From the NCBI GenBank assembly GCA_024654565.1, contig JANLHM010000009.1:25945-89944 (forward strand): 64,000 nt of DNA, given 5' to 3'. Under the pieces are notes generated by a model, which was not told where the DNA came from, searched no databases, and worked only from the letters and a program-made list of their open reading frames with translations. The position numbers and the translations under genes are program-made. Shown here one piece after another: positions 28,074 to 37,382 of the stretch. Source of the stretch: Nanobdellota archaeon (GTDB lineage: Archaea > Nanobdellota > Nanobdellia > Pacearchaeales > GW2011-AR1). Each line of letters begins with the position of its first letter. Positions within the stretch are counted from its first letter, which is position 1.

Positions 28074-28321
28074 TCATTAAACCAGTCTAGTTTTTGATTT
28101 CTTGGTAAATGTTTTATTTCATATTCGTACTTACATGCTTCAGACTTGTTTTTGCATTCTTTAGACTTGAGGACTTCCTTAAAACCCTTTTTGTAAACAT
28201 ATTTACTCCCTTTTCCAGTTACGTGTTTTTCCATTCTTTTGTCAATGTCATTAGTTACTCCAGTATAAAATGAACCGTCCATACAGAGAAGAAGGTAAAC
28301 CCACCACTTTTTTTCTTCCAT
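28070..28321 (-). CDS. GIY-YIG domain protein (UPF0213/YhbQ-like, 83 aa)
   Basis: WWVYLLLCMDGSFYTGVTNDIDKRMEKH matches the GIY-x(10)-YxG pattern. Convergent 4-nt overlap with the helicase stop. Confidence 0.8.
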   Translation of the reverse strand: MEEKKWWVYLLLCMDGSFYTGVTNDIDKRMEKHVTGKGSKYVYKKGFKEVLKSKECKNKSEACKYEYEIKHLPRNQKLDWFND

Positions 28322-28411
28322 TGTTCACTAAAACCCTTTATTTCTTTATAGAGGTTTAGGAAAATTTCCTTCTGCAAAAAATATATATACCCAAAAATCC
28401 ATTAATAGATT

Positions 28412-28606
28412 GTGGTAAAGAGAAAAAGACTTAGAGACAATAAACAGCAAGGAATGAAAAGACGTTCAGCTGGTGCAAAGAAACCGATGAGTAAAGAACA
28501 AAAGATTGCTAATAAACTTGCAAAAGAAAAGCAGTCCGTAGCTCAAAAAAAGTTAAATGAAGCTAAAAAGAAATACAATTCTAATTTAAGTGCAAAAGCC
28601 GAATAA
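28412..28606 (+). CDS. small Lys-rich basic protein (64 aa)
   Basis: GTG start in the track. About 35% K/R. No motif recognised. Confidence 0.4.
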   Translation: MVKRKRLRDNKQQGMKRRSAGAKKPMSKEQKIANKLAKEKQSVAQKKLNEAKKKYNSNLSAKAE

Positions 28607-28797
28607 AGAAAATTTACCCTTATTATATTTTAAAATGTTGCAACGACTCAATAAATCTAAAAAAAGCATTAAATAAAAAGTAGCCCAAATATGGTGAACC
28701 ACACGGGACAATTGTTAAGATTACTATAATTTAAAACTTTAAAAATACTTCTTTTGTTCAAAATTTCATCTTTCCTGAGCGCTTCTTTTTAGAAAGT

Positions 28798-29004
28798 TCA
28801 AGCTTGCTTTATTGTACGAGCAATTATTGTAATTATGAAAAGAACTACAAAGATTACTGCCAACCATTTAGCTATTGTGTATGAAACGCCAGAAACAAGT
28901 CCAAATCCGAATAATCCTGAAACTATTGCAATTACTAAAAAAATTATTGCCCACATTAACCATCCACCAACGCCTTTATTGTTTGACATTCTAATTGTAA
29001 CCAA
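28798..29004 (-). CDS. DUF1328 (UPF0391/YtjA-like) small membrane protein
   Basis: WLMWAIIFLVIAIVSGLFGFGLVSG...IAKWLAVIFVVLFIITII matches the DUF1328 pattern. Confidence 0.7.
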   Translation of the reverse strand: MVTIRMSNNKGVGGWLMWAIIFLVIAIVSGLFGFGLVSGVSYTIAKWLAVIFVVLFIITIIARTIKQA

Positions 29005-29058
29005 CTAAAGTATATATAATGATTGTTTTGGGGAAAAATTAATAAGGCATTTTCAAGC

Positions 29059-29214
29059 TCAATCTAGACTTTCAGATAAAGGCATTTCTTCAGAGGGACC
29101 TTCTTCAGGCTTCCATTTGAATTCCTCAATCATAGAAGTGTCTATCACCTTTCTTTTAGGTCTTCTGTGTCCCGGAACTAGTCTACTCATTATGAAGAAA
29201 GCGTCCCAAAACAT
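29059..29214 (-). CDS. possible small protein (51 aa) downstream of the methyltransferase
   Basis: Hand translation: MFWDAFFIMSRLVPGHRRPKRKVIDTSMIEEFKWKPEEGPSEEMPLSESLD. Below the track cutoff. Confidence 0.25.
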   Translation of the reverse strand: MFWDAFFIMSRLVPGHRRPKRKVIDTSMIEEFKWKPEEGPSEEMPLSESLD

Positions 29215-29336
29215 AATTTTACGCTTGTTACCTATTAATTCCTTTTTTCAAATCTTTTTTGTATATAGATAGTGCTTTACCGACGTTATTCAATTTTATA
29301 TACCTTTCGTAGCGACGATAAAGTGAAAAAAGGGGA

Positions 29337-30380
29337 TTATTTTAAACTCTTTAGCTTCCTTATTTCAACCCATGCGGGAGGGAACCAATTATTACTTTCA
29401 CTTTCAGGTTTATATGTTAAAGCGTGGCCCACCCAAGTCCCACTTTTGACTTTAAGTTCTATAAATCCTTTATTTTCCAAGTCAATCATCCTGTCATATT
29501 GATTTCTCATCCGATTTGAAAAATCTTGAACAAAAGAATCTTGCTTTCCTATCCCAACGCTTAAGAGAGCTTCTCCCCCGACTGAAAGAGACCGAAGACA
29601 ATTTTCAAGAGCTAAATTTTGTCCAGACATATACGTAAAAGCCATATTTGACAAAATTATGTCCATATTTTCTTCTAGACTTTTTGGAAACCTCTCCCCC
29701 GGACACAAGTATAAATTGTCAAATTCATATGTAACTGGTTCAACGTCAACAGTCATATTGTTTGTAATGACGTCCTTTGGGAAAAAGTCTTTTATGTCTT
29801 TTAATGCAACACCCATAGCCCCCCCTATATCAAGAACATTAAGTAAATTTTTTCCAGTGTTCCCTTTAACTCTTTTAATTACCCCTCCAAATTCGTTTAC
29901 TTGAAAACCATATGCCTCAAGGTGACGCATACCCCAAGAACCCATGGGAGAGTTTGAATTTCCAGAATATAAACGTCCATTAAGCCATATATCTGGGTTT
30001 GAAAAAAGTTCTATTTTTTCATTTTTAGTCAATAAATTTCCTTTTAACTTTTCCTTTTTGAAATATTCTTTTGCTTTATCAAATGTTGAGTCTGGAGTAA
30101 TAAAACAAGGGAAACCCCCACATCTTATGTCATTGGGAGCATAGACAACTTCCTGTTCACATAATTTTCTTAAATCGAGGTTTTTGGATATTCTGTATTT
30201 TAAATGATTGAAAATTTCATTTTCTATAACAATTCTGTCTTCATCTGAAAGTTCAATAATTGCTTCCCCCCCAAAATGATTTTCATTAATTATTTTTCTT
30301 ATTTCTTCATCAGTTTTTGGGATAAACTTACCTGTCTTTAATCCATCCCAAAAGTGACTCATTAATTTCTGAATTGCCAT
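29337..30380 (-). CDS. class I SAM-dependent methyltransferase with ~170-aa N-terminal extension
   Basis: VLDIGGAMGVALKDI is SAM motif I. MDIILSNMAF and LRSLSVGGEALL are post-I/II motifs. Confidence 0.7.
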   Translation of the reverse strand: MAIQKLMSHFWDGLKTGKFIPKTDEEIRKIINENHFGGEAIIELSDEDRIVIENEIFNHLKYRISKNLDLRKLCEQEVVYAPNDIRCGGFPCFITPDSTFDKAKEYFKKEKLKGNLLTKNEKIELFSNPDIWLNGRLYSGNSNSPMGSWGMRHLEAYGFQVNEFGGVIKRVKGNTGKNLLNVLDIGGAMGVALKDIKDFFPKDVITNNMTVDVEPVTYEFDNLYLCPGERFPKSLEENMDIILSNMAFTYMSGQNLALENCLRSLSVGGEALLSVGIGKQDSFVQDFSNRMRNQYDRMIDLENKGFIELKVKSGTWVGHALTYKPESESNNWFPPAWVEIRKLKSLK

Positions 30381-30559
30381 ATTAAAAAAGAAACAAAATT
30401 CAAATTTTTAAACCTATTCTTTTTGTAATTATTAAAAAGTGACATATGTTTGCTAGTAAAGCAAGGGAGAATGAAACGTCCGTGCTGAACCGAAACATAG
30501 AATGGTATTTCCAAGAGATTTAATTTCTAACCTCTTAAAATAAACTAAGATGATGAATC

Positions 30560-30841
30560 CTATATAATTTTTTGAATATTGTTATAAACAGATCCTATTA
30601 CCTTCACACCAGTTTTATCCGAAAAAATTCTGCATAAACCGTCAAATAATGCATAAACACCCAAAACCGAAATTATTGAAAAGATAATTCCAAATATGAT
30701 TTGTATTCCTCCTTCAGAAAGTCTTAATATCTCTCCAGCTAAAACTTCATCTATGGAAGGAATACCCCAGAAGACTGAAACTAAGCCATACAGAAGTTCT
30801 CCCGTTGTTAATGTCTTCTTCACCATTTCAAATTTAATCAA
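30560..30841 (-). CDS. small membrane protein (93 aa)
   Basis: Two hydrophobic helices; orphan. Confidence 0.5.
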   Translation of the reverse strand: MIKFEMVKKTLTTGELLYGLVSVFWGIPSIDEVLAGEILRLSEGGIQIIFGIIFSIISVLGVYALFDGLCRIFSDKTGVKVIGSVYNNIQKII

Positions 30842-31036
30842 TTAGGTTTTATAAATATCGATTATTACTTTGCACTTAAAGTCCTAATTCCTAAAAATAA
30901 AACAAATAGTCAATAAAAACAAGTTAAAGAGCAAGTTTTGACCGAGAAGTCAGTAAAGACTATGGATCATGCCAAAAATTTATAAATAATCTTATCAGAA
31001 TTATGATGTGAGTAAAGTAAATTTTATATCTCAAAA

Positions 31037-31291
31037 ATGAAAAAAGATAGAAAAAAAGTTTATTTTGAAGTAGGGATTGGATTGCTCTTGGCAATTCTAT
31101 TAATAGTTTTTTTTGGTTTTGAAGGAATTATTAGTATTGGATTATTATGGATTTTGCCTTTATACATAATAGGTAATTATATCTATGAAATAAAAATCAA
31201 AAAAGAAAGCCCATTAATAGAAGATTTATTGTTCATTGGTTCAATTATCTGGATTGGATTTCAGGTGTATATGATTTTTGCAGGATATTAA
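31037..31291 (+). CDS. small membrane protein (84 aa)
   Basis: Three hydrophobic segments; orphan. Confidence 0.5.
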   Translation: MKKDRKKVYFEVGIGLLLAILLIVFFGFEGIISIGLLWILPLYIIGNYIYEIKIKKESPLIEDLLFIGSIIWIGFQVYMIFAGY

Positions 31292-31446
31292 TCAGCAAAA
31301 CCCAGACACTTAAAAATTATTATAATTTTTCCTAGCTCTTTCGTACGTTTCCGCCATTCCATATCCTTATTTACGCGTGGGTTCTCTTGGACGATAGTCT
31401 TTGTCATAAACAAATTTTATCAATCCCCCCGTATTTGTTGTGGAAG

Positions 31447-31821
31447 TCATTTTTTAACAAAGGTGTTTTTTACCCTTTCAGAAATAATTAGATACGCTAT
31501 TACAATTATGATCATTAAAAAAGGGATGAAAGTAGTATATCCCCTAAAAATAAGGGCCTGGACAAATTCTGCAAAAGCCCAAATCAACAGAGATATAATT
31601 GCGAAGTTCACAAATTTTTTCTTTTTCTTAAATTCTAAAATCAAAGAGTACACAGAAAAAAAACCTCCAAAAAAGGCAAAAATAGCTTGGAGAGGGATTA
31701 CTCCTTCACCCCCAATGTATTTCCCTAAAACATCTAAGGGATAAAAAAGAGTGATAATTAACATAACTGTTGGTAGAAACAGCCACCCCCCAATTCGATT
31801 AATTTCCTTTTCTTTTACCAC
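31447..31821 (-). CDS. small membrane protein (124 aa)
   Basis: Four hydrophobic segments; orphan. Confidence 0.5.
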   Translation of the reverse strand: MVKEKEINRIGGWLFLPTVMLIITLFYPLDVLGKYIGGEGVIPLQAIFAFFGGFFSVYSLILEFKKKKKFVNFAIISLLIWAFAEFVQALIFRGYTTFIPFLMIIIVIAYLIISERVKNTFVKK

Positions 31822-31934
31822 CTATCTTTTCCTCAAATTTCTTTTATGGTGTTTTGGCTTTCTTTTTACCATTGATTTCTATAAGAATTTGATATTTATA
31901 AAATGTGTTTTTTAAGATAAAAATATGAACTCCG

Positions 31935-32399
31935 TTATAACGAGAGGAATAATTCATCTTTAAAGTAAGTCTCAAAATATTTAATCAAATTTTTATAGAG
32001 AAGAACTATCGAACCAGGATGATATTCGGTACTTCCCCTCATTTTATCTTCAAATATAAGAAAAGAGTCATCATTTTCTTCCCAAGACTCTAAAGTTGTC
32101 CAGGGATAGGTTATAAATCCCTGATGAATCAGAGAATTTCTCCAAAAGTTATACAAATCTTCAGCGTTTTTCGTTGGAACGCCCACATTAGGCAAGGATA
32201 GCAATGAAATGAACCTTTTCCCAGAATTATTCTCATCTTGAAATAATAGTTTAGCTAAACTTTCAAAACCAAGAAATGAGATTTGAAATATGAGCCTCCC
32301 ATGTTTTTTTATTAATAAAAAATCATTTAATAATTCTAATCTCTTATTATGAAAAGCTATGAATTTTTTAAGGTCTATTTTTACTTTTTCTTTTTTCAT
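31935..32399 (-). CDS. hypothetical protein (154 aa)
   Basis: ORF track; soluble; no motif recognised. Confidence 0.5.
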   Translation of the reverse strand: MKKEKVKIDLKKFIAFHNKRLELLNDFLLIKKHGRLIFQISFLGFESLAKLLFQDENNSGKRFISLLSLPNVGVPTKNAEDLYNFWRNSLIHQGFITYPWTTLESWEENDDSFLIFEDKMRGSTEYHPGSIVLLYKNLIKYFETYFKDELFLSL

Positions 32400-32438
32400 A
32401 AGTTTTTAATTTTTTCTCAATACTTTCAGTCATATTCT

Positions 32439-32849
32439 CTAGTTTTTTATTATAAATTTTCCATTTATATTTTCCTTTAATTTTTTCAATTTTATTAAAC
32501 TTAATAAACCATATATAATAATTGTTCCAATAGTCAAAACTAAATAAATAATATTTGTAATGTTTTTAGAGTGAAGCAAATAAACATAATAAATTAATAA
32601 TGGGTAAAATAAATATGAAATGTAATAAAACCAGTTTCTTTTCTCTTGGTTCCTAATTTCAAAAGCCAAAATTAAAAACATTATTGCTAAAAGAGGAAGA
32701 ACCCACCAATCAATTAATCCATCTGAACCATCAATAATCTTCCTCACAAAAGTTTCTGCAATAATGAATCCAGATATAATAATAATTACTTCAGAGATAA
32801 AATCCCTATCAGTTTTACTTATTATTTGAAGCTTTCTAACGCCCCCCAT
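32439..32849 (-). CDS. membrane protein (136 aa) starting 2 nt after tRNA-Asp
   Basis: Four hydrophobic helices. The start codon abuts the tRNA 3-prime end. Confidence 0.5.
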   Translation of the reverse strand: MGGVRKLQIISKTDRDFISEVIIIISGFIIAETFVRKIIDGSDGLIDWWVLPLLAIMFLILAFEIRNQEKRNWFYYISYLFYPLLIYYVYLLHSKNITNIIYLVLTIGTIIIYGLLSLIKLKKLKENINGKFIIKN

Positions 32850-32850
32850 A

Positions 32851-32922
32851 CGCCCGCGCCGGGAGTCGAACCCGGATTTCCAGCGCGACAGGCTAGCGTC
32901 ATAGCCACTAGACCACGCGAGC
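32851..32922 (-). tRNA. tRNA-Asp (anticodon GUC)
   Basis: Reverse complement GCTCGCGTGGTCTAGTGGCTATGACGCTAGCCTGTCGCGCTGGAAATCCGGGTTCGACTCCCGGCGCGGGCG. Acceptor GCTCGCG/CGCGGGC, anticodon stem CTAGC/GCTGG, loop CTGTCGC, T arm CCGGG-TTCGACT-CCCGG. Confidence 0.8.
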
Positions 32923-33180
32923 AGATTAATAAATTGTCATACCAAATTTTATTTTTAAACCTTGTGTTAGTGAAAGTTATCTCAAATTAATGAGATTAAT
33001 CAATGGACAGGGAGTGATACCAGGATATATCCTGGAATCTATTGGGAAGATTAATTTACCGACGACAAAATATAAACTCTCCATATAAGGAGATACCCCG
33101 AAAATTGACCATCTTCAAAAAACCGAAAGTTAATTAAACTCTTTGTACTTAAATAATTTGTTCAACTTCGGTTGGGCATC

Positions 33181-33220
33181 GGGGTAAAAATTTTCGGATT
33201 TTTACCCCACCTTTTTATTT
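33181..33220 (+). other. perfect 11-bp hairpin followed by a T-run in a 430-bp non-coding gap
   Basis: ggggtaaaaat-tttcgg-atttttacccc, then acctttttattt. Confidence 0.6.
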
Positions 33221-33350
33221 AACAAATAAATACTTTTTATTTAAAAAATAAATAATAAACCTAAAAAAAAGTTTTTCGCTATTCAATTTTTTAAAATTGT
33301 TGCCAAGAAAAGGTTTTTAAATGGACTAAAAGTAATCCCTTTGAATAAAA

Positions 33351-33653
33351 ATGAATGAAATAAAATTAAAATCAGATTTGAAAGTTGTCAGAACTTATTT
33401 GGAAAAGAAAAAAGTTTCTCACAGGTTGGATTACCATGGAAAGGGATTGTTCCACACTCACGTAAGGGATGTTAAACCAAAAGAATTTGGAAAAACTCTT
33501 AGTGAAAAACTAGGGACTTATGTAAATTTTAGAAATTTTTTTGAAGGAGTAATTAGTGACCTTCCCCATTCAGATCCATTTTTCTTGAGCTATGAAAATG
33601 AAGTTGATTTTTATTTTGATAAACTAGGTAAAGACCTAGGATTAAATAAATAA
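33351..33653 (+). CDS. hypothetical protein (100 aa)
   Basis: ORF track; no motif recognised. Confidence 0.5.
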   Translation: MNEIKLKSDLKVVRTYLEKKKVSHRLDYHGKGLFHTHVRDVKPKEFGKTLSEKLGTYVNFRNFFEGVISDLPHSDPFFLSYENEVDFYFDKLGKDLGLNK

Positions 33654-33654
33654 A

Positions 33655-34941
33655 TTATTCTTTTACTTCAATTTTCTTTTTTCCGCCCATATATGGTTGA
33701 AGAACTTTGGGAATAGCAATTGAACCATCTTTTTCCTGAAAGTTTTCCATAACTGCAATTAATGCACGAGGAGACGCAATTACAGTGTTGTTAAGAGTGT
33801 GAACAAGATATATTTTACCATTTTTTTCAGCCCTGATGTTAAGTCTCCTTGCCTGAGCATCAGTTAAGTTTGAACAACTTCCAACTTCAAAATATTTCTT
33901 TTGCCTAGGACTCCAAGCTTCAACATCAGCCGAACGTGACTTTAAATCTGCTAAGTCTCCACTACAACACTCTAGAATTCTAACAGGGATTCCAACCTCT
34001 TTAAACAATTCAACAGAGAGTTCAAGCATTTTCTCATACCACTTTTCAGATTCGGATGGGTCACAAATCACAATCATTTCCTGTTTTTCAAATTGGTGAA
34101 CCCGGTAAAAACCTTTCTCTTCAATTCCGTGGGCCCCAACTTCTTTCCTAAAACACGGGGAAACACCAGTTATTTTATAGGGAAGGTTTTTGCCGTTCAC
34201 AGTCTTACCAGAAAACATCCCGATTAAAGAGTGTTCACTTGTTCCGATCAAATAAAGGTCTTCACCTTCAATTTTGTACATCATGTTGTCTTTTTCTTCA
34301 AAACTCATAACCCCTTCAACAACTTCACTTCTTATAAGGAAAGGTGGAATAACAAATTCAAATCCTTCTTTAATCATATAATCTTTAGCGTAAGAAATAA
34401 GTGCTGAATGCAATCTTGAGATGTCCCCCATAAGATAATAAAATCCGTTCCCCGAAGTTTTTCTTGCAGTGTCAAAGTCTGCTCCACCAAGCTTTTCTGC
34501 AAGTTCTGCATGATTAAAAACTTCGTAAGAGGGAACCTTTGGTTCACCTATCCTTTTTACTTCAACATTTTCTTTGTCACTTTTACCAATTGGGACCAAG
34601 TCATTAATGAAATTTGGAATTCTCATAAGACTTTCTTTTATCTTTACCTCAAGTTTTTTCCTTTTTACTTCAGAACTTCCTATTTTTTCAGGAATTTCTT
34701 TTGCTTCTTCCTTTAACTTCTCAGCTTCTTTTTTATTTCCATTTTTAATCTCTTCAGATATGCTTTTTGAAATTTTATTCCTTTCGGATCTAAATTTATC
34801 TTCATCATACTTTAATTTTCTCCATTTAGAATCGAGTTTTAAAATTTCATCAACAAGAGGAAGTTTTTCATCCTGAAATTTCTTCTTTAGGTTTTCCTTT
34901 ACCTTTTCGGGATTTTCTCTTAAAATGTTTATATCAATCAT
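33655..34941 (-). CDS. serS: seryl-tRNA synthetase (bacterial-type)
   Basis: 428 aa. N-terminal coiled coil MIDINILRENPEKVKENL, and class II motifs FRKEVGAHG, YRVHQFEKQE and GSCSNLTDAQARRL. Confidence 0.95.
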   Translation of the reverse strand: MIDINILRENPEKVKENLKKKFQDEKLPLVDEILKLDSKWRKLKYDEDKFRSERNKISKSISEEIKNGNKKEAEKLKEEAKEIPEKIGSSEVKRKKLEVKIKESLMRIPNFINDLVPIGKSDKENVEVKRIGEPKVPSYEVFNHAELAEKLGGADFDTARKTSGNGFYYLMGDISRLHSALISYAKDYMIKEGFEFVIPPFLIRSEVVEGVMSFEEKDNMMYKIEGEDLYLIGTSEHSLIGMFSGKTVNGKNLPYKITGVSPCFRKEVGAHGIEEKGFYRVHQFEKQEMIVICDPSESEKWYEKMLELSVELFKEVGIPVRILECCSGDLADLKSRSADVEAWSPRQKKYFEVGSCSNLTDAQARRLNIRAEKNGKIYLVHTLNNTVIASPRALIAVMENFQEKDGSIAIPKVLQPYMGGKKKIEVKE

Positions 34942-35027
34942 AACCTAAAAAAGAAGAAGGGAATATATAAATTTAATTGGGACCTATTAACAATAATATT
35001 TATAACTAAATTTTACCCATAATTCTC

Positions 35028-35702
35028 ATGAACGAAAATTTTGATTGGAAGAGGATAAACTTTGTCTTTCCAGAGTATTATTTGGGACTTGGCCTCGGAG
35101 ACAAAAAAGACTTCGATGACAGTTATCCACTAGAACCTAACTTTTCAGAAAATGGATCTATAAGTTCGAGGTTTAAAGAGAAATATGGAGTTCAGATTTT
35201 TTTAAATAATGAAGTCCCGGGCTGGATTAAAAAACTGGATGGGAGAAAAGAATTTATTGAAGAAGGATATAAATCCAATTCTAAAGTTGTCTACGAAAAA
35301 GTCTTTGACGATTTAAACAATTTATATGAAATTTTTGAAGGTTGGAGAAGTTTTGTCTCAAATTATTCAAAAGGGGCTGGATGGAAGGGAAAACTTCAAA
35401 ATTTTGTACAATTTTATAATTATAGTCGTCTTGTTCACATGGGAGACTATTACCACTTTTTACCCAATAATATAAATTATAATTTTGCTCCGACAGATGT
35501 TCTTTTAAAAATTCGAAATACTCCAGTAGAAGGATTAAATAGTGAATGGGAAAAGTATCACCTTTTATCTCGTAATGTTTCTAAAGGTGGTAAAAACAAA
35601 TCCAACAATATTTTTGGGCATAACTTAGTTGATTGTGTAAAAAAATCAGATGAGATATACAAACTTGCTCCTGAATTAGAGAAAATTTGGAAACTTTTTT
35701 AA
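35028..35702 (+). CDS. hypothetical protein (224 aa)
   Basis: ORF track. An atatttataa box lies about 25 nt upstream. Confidence 0.55.
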   Translation: MNENFDWKRINFVFPEYYLGLGLGDKKDFDDSYPLEPNFSENGSISSRFKEKYGVQIFLNNEVPGWIKKLDGRKEFIEEGYKSNSKVVYEKVFDDLNNLYEIFEGWRSFVSNYSKGAGWKGKLQNFVQFYNYSRLVHMGDYYHFLPNNINYNFAPTDVLLKIRNTPVEGLNSEWEKYHLLSRNVSKGGKNKSNNIFGHNLVDCVKKSDEIYKLAPELEKIWKLF

Positions 35703-35738
35703 GGGAAAATTTAAAAGGAAAGAGAACCTTAGTCCACA

Positions 35739-36395
35739 ATGGTGGAATTACTTTCTGAACTTACTCCGTCATTTAGTGCTTTATACCAGGGAGTGATCTC
35801 AAGTCTTCCGGCATGGGCTCAAAATTTTATCAATCTTTTCCTTTGGTCGCTATTGATGGTGATATATGCCATATTTGTATGGAAATTTTACAGATGGATA
35901 GCAAAGAAAAATCTTTTTGAACTTAATCTTTCAAAATTTAATCGTTCAGAACATGCAGTTCTTGCAAAGCTTTTTGGGGCCGTTATATATTTTGTAGAAT
36001 ATTTAATCATCCTCCCATTCATGGTTTTCATTTGGTTTGGAGCGTTTACAATATTCCTTATGCTTTTAACAAAAGATCTTGAATTAAACATTATCTTGTT
36101 TGTAGCAGTAGCGATTGTTGCTGCAATAAGGATGACTTCATACTACAAAGAAGAATTAGCAAGAGACCTGGCAAAAACTATTCCTTTTACCATTCTTGCA
36201 GTTGCTGCAACTCAAGGATTATTTTTTGACTCGGGCCAACTTTTGAGTAACTTTGTGAGAATCCCTGAATTCTTGTCCGACATTTGGATATACTTAATCT
36301 TTATAGTTGCAGTTGAGTTTATCCTCAGAGTTTTGGATATACTTTTCCTTGCCTTTGATCTACACAGTGAAGAAGAAGTGAGGACTGGTGATTAA
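35739..36395 (+). CDS. membrane protein (218 aa)
   Basis: About six hydrophobic helices. Confidence 0.6.
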   Translation: MVELLSELTPSFSALYQGVISSLPAWAQNFINLFLWSLLMVIYAIFVWKFYRWIAKKNLFELNLSKFNRSEHAVLAKLFGAVIYFVEYLIILPFMVFIWFGAFTIFLMLLTKDLELNIILFVAVAIVAAIRMTSYYKEELARDLAKTIPFTILAVAATQGLFFDSGQLLSNFVRIPEFLSDIWIYLIFIVAVEFILRVLDILFLAFDLHSEEEVRTGD

Positions 36396-36474
36396 AATTA
36401 ATGGAAGCCCCTAAACAAGATTAGCCCCTTTTTTTAAAGAAAAGCTTTTTAAACCATTTTCTAATAAATCATAT

Positions 36475-36783
36475 ATGACAAAGGTAAGAATCAAATTAAA
36501 TTCAACAGACATTGGAATGCTCAATGAAATTTGTAATTCCATTAAAGAACTTTCAAAGAGTTCCGGTATTGTTATTTCTGGCCCCGTTCCCCTCCCAACA
36601 AAAAAACTTAAAGTCACAACAAGAAAGTCTCCATGCGGTGATGGAACAGCAACTTTTGACAGATATGAAATGAGGATTCACAAAAGATTAATCGACCTAC
36701 CTGCAAATGAAAAAGTCCTCCACAATATTATGAGGATGAGAGTTCCTAAGTCAGTTAACATCAAAATTGAGATGAAAGATTAA
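36475..36783 (+). CDS. rps10: ribosomal protein uS10
   Basis: KVRIKLNSTDIGMLNEICNSI...GPVPLPTKKLKVTTRKSPCGDGTATFDRYEMRIHKRLIDL is the canonical uS10 pattern. Confidence 0.9.
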   Translation: MTKVRIKLNSTDIGMLNEICNSIKELSKSSGIVISGPVPLPTKKLKVTTRKSPCGDGTATFDRYEMRIHKRLIDLPANEKVLHNIMRMRVPKSVNIKIEMKD

Positions 36784-36802
36784 GAGACTTTAATTTTTTT
36801 TA

Positions 36803-36838
36803 TTTACCTTACTAACAACTATTACCTTACTAGCAACT
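36803..36838. repeat. 18-bp tandem direct repeat (2 copies) upstream of the 36882 gene
   Basis: tttaccttactaacaact / attaccttactagcaact. Confidence 0.8.
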
Positions 36839-36881
36839 AAATTACAACAATGTTTATAATTACTTTTTTCTTGAGAAAAAT

Positions 36882-37331
36882 ATGGGAATAGTTAAAGGCG
36901 GTTGCCTTGAAAAAACAATTTTTGACATGAAAGAAGGTGAAGAGGGATTCACATCTTCAAAGGCGCTTGAACTGCATTTTGGTTGCAACGGTTTTCTATA
37001 TTTAGAGATGCCTATATCCAAAAATTATGATCCAAAAAAAAAGAAAATTTTATACGTAAAAAGAATTGGGGATAAAAAAGATGATTTTCTAGTTGATTTA
37101 GAAAAATCCGAAAAACAAAAGTGGTCAAGGTCTTTCATACTAGAAGAAGATTATAAAGAGTTCGAAAATGATCCGGGAGTCGCTTTGTTAAAATACGAGG
37201 GCTCAATTGAAGAAAAATACAAAAATAAAGAACATTCACTTGAAATCCAATTAAAAGAAGCAGAAAAAAATGAAAATTATGAACTGGCAGCAAAGTTAAG
37301 AGATGAAATAAGATTGAAAAAAGAAAAATAA
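36882..37331 (+). CDS. hypothetical protein with C-terminal UVR-like motif
   Basis: ENYELAAKLRDEIRLKK resembles the UvrB/UvrC (UVR) helical motif. Confidence 0.5.
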   Translation: MGIVKGGCLEKTIFDMKEGEEGFTSSKALELHFGCNGFLYLEMPISKNYDPKKKKILYVKRIGDKKDDFLVDLEKSEKQKWSRSFILEEDYKEFENDPGVALLKYEGSIEEKYKNKEHSLEIQLKEAEKNENYELAAKLRDEIRLKKEK

Positions 37332-37382
37332 TTCTCAAAAACGCTTATAAATACTTCTTTCTTAACTTCATCAGAGGTGAAA

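Noticed and set aside
30545-30562. C-box-like gatgatga suggesting a C/D box sRNA
   Set aside because: I found no matching D box (ctga) or C-prime/D-prime arrangement at the right spacing, and the motif overlaps the stop region of the 30560 gene.
31292-31446. 38-codon minus-strand ORF (MTKTIVQENPRVNKDMEWRKRTKELGKIIIIFKCLGFAD)
   Set aside because: It is very short, overlaps the stop of the 31037 gene, and has no promoter box or recognisable motif. Evidence is insufficient.
28400-33350. Searched this island and the tRNA-Tyr island for an integrase, transposase or terminal inverted repeats
   Set aside because: No ORF shows tyrosine or serine recombinase or DDE motifs, and no inverted repeats were seen. 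A mobile-element call cannot be supported beyond the att-like direct repeats at 16.6 and 18.2 kb.
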